A stretch of 64,000 bases of DNA from Lama glama. Lineage: Eukaryota. The stretch lies in the NCBI GenBank assembly GCA_028534125.1, contig CM052816.1:7008001-7072000 (forward strand), in the 5' to 3' direction. Below the pieces are notes generated by a model. That model was not told the origin of the DNA. It did not search any database and saw only the letters and a program-made list of their open reading frames with translations. The translations under genes were made by a program, and so were the position numbers. Within the stretch, counting starts at the first letter, position 1. Every line of letters starts with the position of its first letter. Positions 57,018-64,000 of this stretch are shown one piece after another.

Positions 57018-59327
57018 CGGTCCGGGACGGAGGGAGGCTGGGAGAGGGCGGAGCCGGAATAGCACAGGAACCTGAGGGCCGAAGGGAGAGGAGGGGACAC
57101 GAGGGAGGGGCGCGCACAACTCTCTCCCTCTCTGCAGCCTGTGCAATCCCAAATGCAGTGATGCATGACTCAGAACGTGGCACTATCTATTTAACCTCGG
57201 GTGGCTGGGGGTGGGGGGGAGGGCAGGGCTTTTCTAATATAAGAACCGAGGGGCCGGGAGGAAGGGGAGGGTTTGGGGTGGGGGTGGTGGGGTGGGAGAA
57301 AACCGCTTTCAAAAATTCAAGTCCGCGGGCTGTGCAGTTTTCCTGTTGGGAAGGAGAGTGCAGTCTGCCCCAGAGCAGAGGGAAAGCAGTGTAATATATG
57401 ATATATATTCATGCTTAATATTAATGCAAAACCACAAGAACAACAGATTTGTTTCTTAACCTATCAGCCTAGTAACTGCTTAAATTTTTAAAGTCAACGA
57501 GGTGATGGACAATTTCTCCCAGAGTGGAAAGTCACAAATCAGCTTGCTCTGGTGTGTGTCCCACATCACCCACCTCCAAAGGCCATGCGTCTCTCGGAAC
57601 CGGCCCAGGTGGACACATGCCAAAAAGCCATTTTGCCTCTGCTTCAAGAGGGTTGTGCGGCCTGGGCAGCTGTAGTGGAAATGGGGGAAGGTGGAGAGAA
57701 GAGAAGGGAGTGACTGAAGAGATGGGGCATTTCAGAGGCCCAAGGATTGAGAATCAAGAGAACCCCACCTCAATCCTCATGTCTCCAGGCTAAGGACCTC
57801 TCTGGGCCCACACGCTTCTGTGCTCCACCACCACCCGGAAATGGCCACTGCGGCTGTCCCATTATATTGCCAATATGCAATCTTTTTTATGGTTAAAAAA
57901 AACTAATAATCTTAAGAAATAATATGCAGATAGACTGAGTATATAAATGGATGCACTTTTTTCAGATGTCTATTTTTTTGGAGAGTCTCTCTGGAATCGT
58001 AAGCAGGTGTGTGTTGGAAGGAGGGGTCAGCAGGACGAAACAGATGTATGATGCTGCGGTTCCCCGAGCGCAGCTGCACGAGGGGAAAGGGTAGTACTGG
58101 GGCTGCGGCCGCTTAGGTACGCGCATACGGGTGGAAAGAGACGGTAACGTTTATAAAGTTGTTCGCTGAATTCCGACATTTCATACGCCACAAGTAAGGG
58201 GGGAGCTGGGGGAGATGACCCGATTATATTTTTATAAGTCTGTTTTTTTGTTTGTTTTCCTTTTTGGTGCTTTGTTTGGCTTTAACATTTAGAAAAGTTA
58301 AGACAAATATTTCTCTTTCCTTCTCACTCTGAAGTGCCAGAAGCATCCCAGGATAGCTAGGGGACTGCGGGGGGGGGGGGGGACTAAGACATGGGCTGTG
58401 AGGGGCGGGGGAGCCAGCTCACGGCACAGGTGCTCACAGGTGGCAGGTCTGCAAGGCGGGCCGTGGAGTGGGGGGCGCTGTGTCCAGTCGCCCCGCCCGC
58501 TCTGTCAGCACCGCCGCACCTGATGGCACTGCTGTTTGTGGCGTCCTGCCCACTGTGCCCCTGGCTGGAATGCGGGGGCTACACTTCTTTCTTTGCACTT
58601 GAGCACCTTGGCTTTGGATCAGAGTGGCAGGGAGATGATGAGACACAGCTGACAGCCAGTTTGCACAGAGGCTGGGGTTTCACTTGTGTCTTTAGTGTAT
58701 CCTCAACTTAGGGGAGGACAGAGATGAGACACTGGGAACCTAACTCCTCCCTAAAGCACCTTCCCCGGGGGAAACTCTCCCACCCCCAACAGCACAACCC
58801 TAGGAGCAGGCCAAGACAAGGATCTAGCGACTTAGGTACAGGAAGTGCGCTGTGCAGCCAACACGCTGTTTGGCTTTGCTGCTTCGATGATAAAGCTGTT
58901 TATATCCAAATTCCAAGGTCAATGAATCATTGCCTTCCCTTCTCTTGGCCTGCGTAGACCAGAAAGCTGAACCGCATTCCAGCCTTGGAGGATGGGGGAA
59001 TGGAACCTGGAATCCTTTTTCCTAAGAGGCATTGAGGGATGGGGAGCCAAGTGAGTGGGAGTCTCTGATTGAGGACCATCTTTTTCCCCATGACTAAGTG
59101 TCCACAGGAGGAAAACTTAAACAGAGGGACTTGAACAAACATGACCCGTTTAAGACTAGGACATCAGTATTTGAACTGCTGTTAGCACCTTTCATGAGCA
59201 CTGCATTCACTTTGTTTAAGGGGTGGGGGGACCCTCAATTCTCACGTGATGCGTGAGTCTTTGAAGAGGCTATCGGCCCCTTTCACTTGCACTTTATTCA
59301 CTTCATTTAAGGAGAAAGTCATTTTTT

Positions 59328-59333
59328 AATAAA
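59328..59333 (+). promoter_or_regulatory. First canonical poly(A) signal I found after the GLRA1 stop (candidate)
   Basis: AATAAA; further copies at 60532, 60598 and 60844. Usage unknown. Confidence 0.35.
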
Positions 59334-59739
59334 AAATAGAGAAGCCCTTCTCTCTACATGACTCATTACTAGACTAAATTGAGAATGTCTGAAGTCTAGG
59401 GGAATCAGGCAGCGAAGATGATAGGCCTCTCTCAGGGACTGAAGATGTTCCGCCCCTACTCAGACAGCAAAACCACACTGGCTCCTCATATGAGGTGTCT
59501 GGAATCTCCCCGAGACAGAGAAGTCACTGGGCCATTTGCCCAGCCTCTGCTGGGTCCTTGAACTTCTGCCACAATACCCAATGTGAGAGCCCCCCAGGGA
59601 GTGGTGGGTCTGGTTGATCGCATCCAGTAGACAATAGAAACACGTCTTTGAGACACAGAGCAGGGATGTCACTGAAAACGTCCCTCAGACTACTGTGAAC
59701 CTGGTATCCCCCATAGGAAATAAATACAAGTGGAGGCAC

Positions 59740-59835
59740 GATCGCAGTGAAAAGGAGAATGTGGATTTCAGCACTGGCACAGATATGCTGGGTGACCCTG
59801 GGCAAATTGCTAAGCTTTAGTTTGTCTAAGCACAC
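59740..59835 (+). mobile_element. MIR fragment
   Basis: gctgggtgaccctgggcaaattgctaagct. Confidence 0.55.
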
Positions 59836-62800
59836 AACAGGGAGAGCAGTGCAGGCGACTTCTAACTCTGTCCTAGCTCTGACTGTGCTGTGTGCTCTCC
59901 AGGAGGTTCACACAACAGGAAGGTCAATGTCACCGTGATTTCTGAACCCTCCAGGTGGCCAGGCACATACACGTGCACACATATATGGACACACAAAATT
60001 CTTGTTCCCTTTCTTCTTTGGAAAATTTGCAGACTTGTTTTTCCTTTTGCTCCACTTTATCAAAGGTGAACAGTGGTGGGGAAAGGACATCAATCACTAC
60101 AAAGTCAAAAAAAATCCCATCATGAATTAGGAACGGTGCATGTTTAAGGAGAAGGCAGTACCCCTAGTATAATATAGTTAGGGTTTAGCAGTTAGTTACA
60201 TAGATATCATCTTTAGAGAAAATCAAACGAGGTAATTTAGGCCAAATATTTTTTTTAGGTGGCTCTAACAAACAGGACAATACTTTCTGAGTTTCCTCTG
60301 CAGCTTTTGCACAGAGGATAAGCATGCCTTCGGGCTATACGTGCCAAGTGCTACAGTAGAGGGGAAAACTGATTTAGGAGTAATGGGTGGTTTACTGGTT
60401 TTCAAACCCTTTACATGTAGAGACCAGTATTTATGCATGGAAGGAGAACTGGGTACTGGCATAGAGGCATGGGTGATTTCACACACCTCCAAAACTGCAG
60501 CTCTTCCCAGGAGCCAAATTTAGGAGATATCAATAAAGCAGATAATAATATCGATTCTTACCTATGAGTTTACAACTCATTTGTTTCAAGGGCAGCCAAT
60601 AAATGGCTTAGCTCTGCATCCTCTGGTCCTTTCAAATATTCAAGAGTCCATTCTTGACTAAGGCTATAGGGAGTGACAAATGGCCAGGTACAAATAGAAA
60701 AATGGTGTGGGGTGAGGGGCGGCGGAGTCGGGAGAAAGACGGGGAAAGGGGGGAGAGAGATACCTTGAACTTCTCTATTTTTAGTTCAAGTCTAGAAAGA
60801 CAAAAGGTCATTTGATCCAAATTATTTCTTCTTCTAAGCTGTCAATAAATAAGAAATATATCTCTCTGAGAAGTTCACTAGTAGTTTTCATAGGCTATTT
60901 TTCTCATACTGGGGAGAAAATGAGTATGATGGGAGATGGTCCCTTTCTTTGAAAATACGCATTTTTATGAGCATCATTAAAAAGAGAAGAGATGGTGTTT
61001 TTGTGAGACTCCATGATATTAGATTGCAGAGTAGATTGGTACCCCAGCTAAGCTGGTACCATCACTGATAAGCCTTGTGAAAATTAGATGCCTTAGTTAA
61101 TTGCAGCACACAGAAACTGAAGGGAGTTGAGTTATCATCCTGTCTGCAGTAACTGCCTCCTTAGGAGAAGCTGGCAAGCAGCAGGTACAATCTCTATCAG
61201 CTTCAGGATGGGGTCAAGATCTGAGATTTGCAGCTATTCCCCAGTCTGGCTGGAAGCCCAGCCTAGGGACGATGACTATCACTCTGGAAGCTATCAGATT
61301 TATTCAGTAAGCACCCTCTGCACATTCAGAAGGCTGCCCTCTACCCCAACTCTACAGAGGCGGGCAAGATCAGGTTTTCTCTGTGAGCTATGGTTTTCAG
61401 GTTGACTGGAAAGCTTGCATTCTGAGGGGCTGGTCAGGTCTGTTGAGAAACTGGTGAGTGGATCTCTACCCCTTGACAGAAAGCATCTTTAATGAACCAA
61501 CCAGATCAACAACTCTCTAAGCAGGAAACATGTTCTTAAAGTATAATTTAGCTTTTTGTCCATCCACTAAGTCCCTTCTCTCAGAAACCAACTCCACTAA
61601 TTTGAATGAAGAACCCTCCTCGTTTCCTGCAGCTCTAGGAAGCCAGGAACGGGAGCTCATCTGGACCAAAGAAAGGAGTGACAGACACAGGCTTTGTTCT
61701 GACTGAGCTGGGTTGTTCTCCAACTACTTGCGGCAATTTAAGGAAAAGCACATGCTGGAAAGGCTTTGCTCTCAGTATATCCTGAAATCCAATGGACAGG
61801 GAGAACCTCCTTGGGTAGGCTGAAGTCCCTGTAGTAGTAAAGAACTTTTAAAAATCCTAAAATGCTGCCCTCCCCATCCCAGCCCAATGTTAAGAGAATG
61901 AAAGGGACTTCTTTCTGGCTGCCCAGTTGAAGACCCCAGGATATAAAGGAGGACAAGGGCCCCTTGCCAGCACCTCTCCCAGGCCTGAGTCGTCTAGAAT
62001 CTTGAGGGCTCAGACTGGAAGATGCCTCTACCGCGTTATTGTCCTGTTGCCTCCTTAAGGATTTCTCATGAACACAACGGCAGGCGATAGGTTTGCTCAT
62101 ACGCGGGTGCTATTTCATGCTGTTTTGATGGAGCTGTGTGGTGACTTAAAGCAATAATTAAGGTGCTTTACCATTCTTTGGAACAGCGAAATGAGTTCCA
62201 AAGTAGAAATTGTTGCCCAATCATTTTTAGGATCATTAAGGCTTCTCGAGCCAGCATCCAGGCCACTGCTTCTCCGTCTTTTGGTCCCACCCCACCTCCA
62301 CTTTCTTCTGGCAGCGTGTTCTGTTTCATCAGTTTGTGCATCTCGACTCTGCCAGGAGATGCTGATGTCTTTCTGAGGGAGTGGGGAGTGGGGTGTTGGG
62401 GTGGGGACTAGAATGGACGTAGTGGCTCCCACCTCATTTGTTTTAACGCCGTGATTTCTATTCTTTCCTTTCGCTCTTGCATTTTGAAATTTCACTGCTC
62501 TGGAAAATTTCCATTGAAACAGGGGGTCAAGAAATCAGACTATAGAGAACGGCAAACCCAAAATATACCCCCCAGGGAGCTCAGTGACAAAAATTATATT
62601 CTACATAAGGCCATTAACCAGCTACAGAGCAGTACCAGCCAGCCAACGTGGGGATGAAAGACATGTGCTGGTTACATGCAGGCTGCAAGCACGACGGCTC
62701 TCCCATTCCCACGCCTGCCCTGCTCCCCAGCTCCCCACATTGCCTTGTTTTTGGCCTGCCTTCTTTCAGATTCAACTGCTTTCTTACACAACTGCAGAAA

Positions 62801-63965
62801 CCCAGTATTCTGTTTAAGCACACCTGCCCTGTGAGGTGGACAGAGGTCAATGGGAAGTGGGTCCCCGTTACGACGCGACCTCAGGCTCACCATGGACACG
62901 TAGGTAAGCTCCTTCACCTTTGTCGGCCTGCTCACCCCCCAGATAGAGGAGCTGAGGGAGACTTTTCAAAGCCAAACTCTCGATACTTTGATGGGTTGTA
63001 GAAAAAAAAAAAAAAAAAAAGAAAGAGTATACTGTGTATTGTAAAAGGTTTCACTGTTTCCCCATTTCAGTGTCAGGCTTGGAACGCCATCACAGGCCTT
63101 CAGTGGGGAGACAGGGAGGCGTTAAAAAGAACAGCTTTGGTCCTCGAGGAGATTAGAGTCTTAATATTTTTGTTTTGCCGTGACAGCCTAGGTGTTTCAC
63201 GGTACTGACAGACTAGCTTCTCACCTGAGAATCCCATCAAACATCGGAACTACGTTCCATGCTGGTACATTAGCATGCATGTCCTGTGAAGGCTGTAACC
63301 CATTTCCCGTGACACTTGTTTGAATTCTGTCTGCCAGAGATTCTGGAAGAATCAAAGAGAAACGCATCAGAGCAGAACTTGTGAAATATCCCTAGGGAAG
63401 TAACTGCTGTGACTTCAAGTCCCCTCCCAGCCTGTCCCCTACACACCATTTAATCATAAGAAACTTCCACCAAGACTTAAGAATATTTTCCTCTGTCCCT
63501 GCTACTCCTGCAGATAAAGGCAAAAAAAAAAAAAAAAAAAAAGGAAATGTTCCAGACCATTTGGAAGGTTCATCTGAATTCATACCATTAGCTAGGGTAT
63601 ACTAATAAGAAACATCATAGCAGGTAAGGCTGGACTTGAGCCAGCTCTCTCCACCTCCCCGACTCCCAAACAAAACCTCACCCTCACAACGATGTTTCTG
63701 AAACTGCTTCCACACTCTGTAGCTCCAGCAAACTCTCCTTCTAATCAGAAAACACTGCTTCTGTCTTTCCCAACAGAGAAGTATTTATGCTTTATAGAAA
63801 CAGAAGCTCTTCAAAATGTTTATAGGGTGACATTCTGACAAATGATCTTCACTCTCCCTTCATCTGGCCCTGAAATTAATAAGAATATTACAGATTGAAA
63901 ATTCTTTTCTTGTTCCCAAAGTTAAAAATATTAATAATTTTTTTAATTTAGATTTCCCATAAGAT

Positions 63966-63971
63966 AATAAA
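63966..63971 (+). promoter_or_regulatory. Candidate distal poly(A) signal
   Basis: AATAAA preceded by a U/A-rich stretch; any downstream element would lie beyond the window. Confidence 0.4.
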
Positions 63972-64000
63972 ATGGAAGCAATGCTTCTGTTAGGAAACCA

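Overview
Eukaryotic (mammalian) genomic DNA, most likely a camelid, judged from five tRNA-Ala-derived SINEs of the Vic-1 type. The window holds coding exons 2-9 of GLRA1 (glycine receptor alpha-1 subunit, a Cys-loop chloride channel) on the + strand. All splice sites are GT-AG, the frame is intact and the stop is at 57015-57017. Exon 1 (ATG and most of the signal peptide) is not visible and presumably lies upstream. The introns are filled with MIR, L2, L1, LTR and DNA-transposon relics. A 500-N gap with duplicated flanks looks like an assembly artefact. Apart from the GLRA1 exons and decayed L1 ORF2 pieces, the ORF-track entries look spurious. I see no new protein-coding system. The most interesting structures are: (1) an old ~35-bp tandem array forming the backbone of intron 7, broken up by nested insertions; (2) inverted L1 3' ends bracketing exons 6-7 in circRNA-like geometry; (3) an AG cluster at the exon 9 acceptor, where one option puts an in-frame stop before TM4; (4) a repeat-poor ~7 kb downstream of the stop that may be a long 3'UTR; (5) an older L1 fragment retro-inserted into a younger L1. 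Exon and TSD coordinates were counted from the sequence. Boundaries and subfamily names of old repeats are approximate and from memory.
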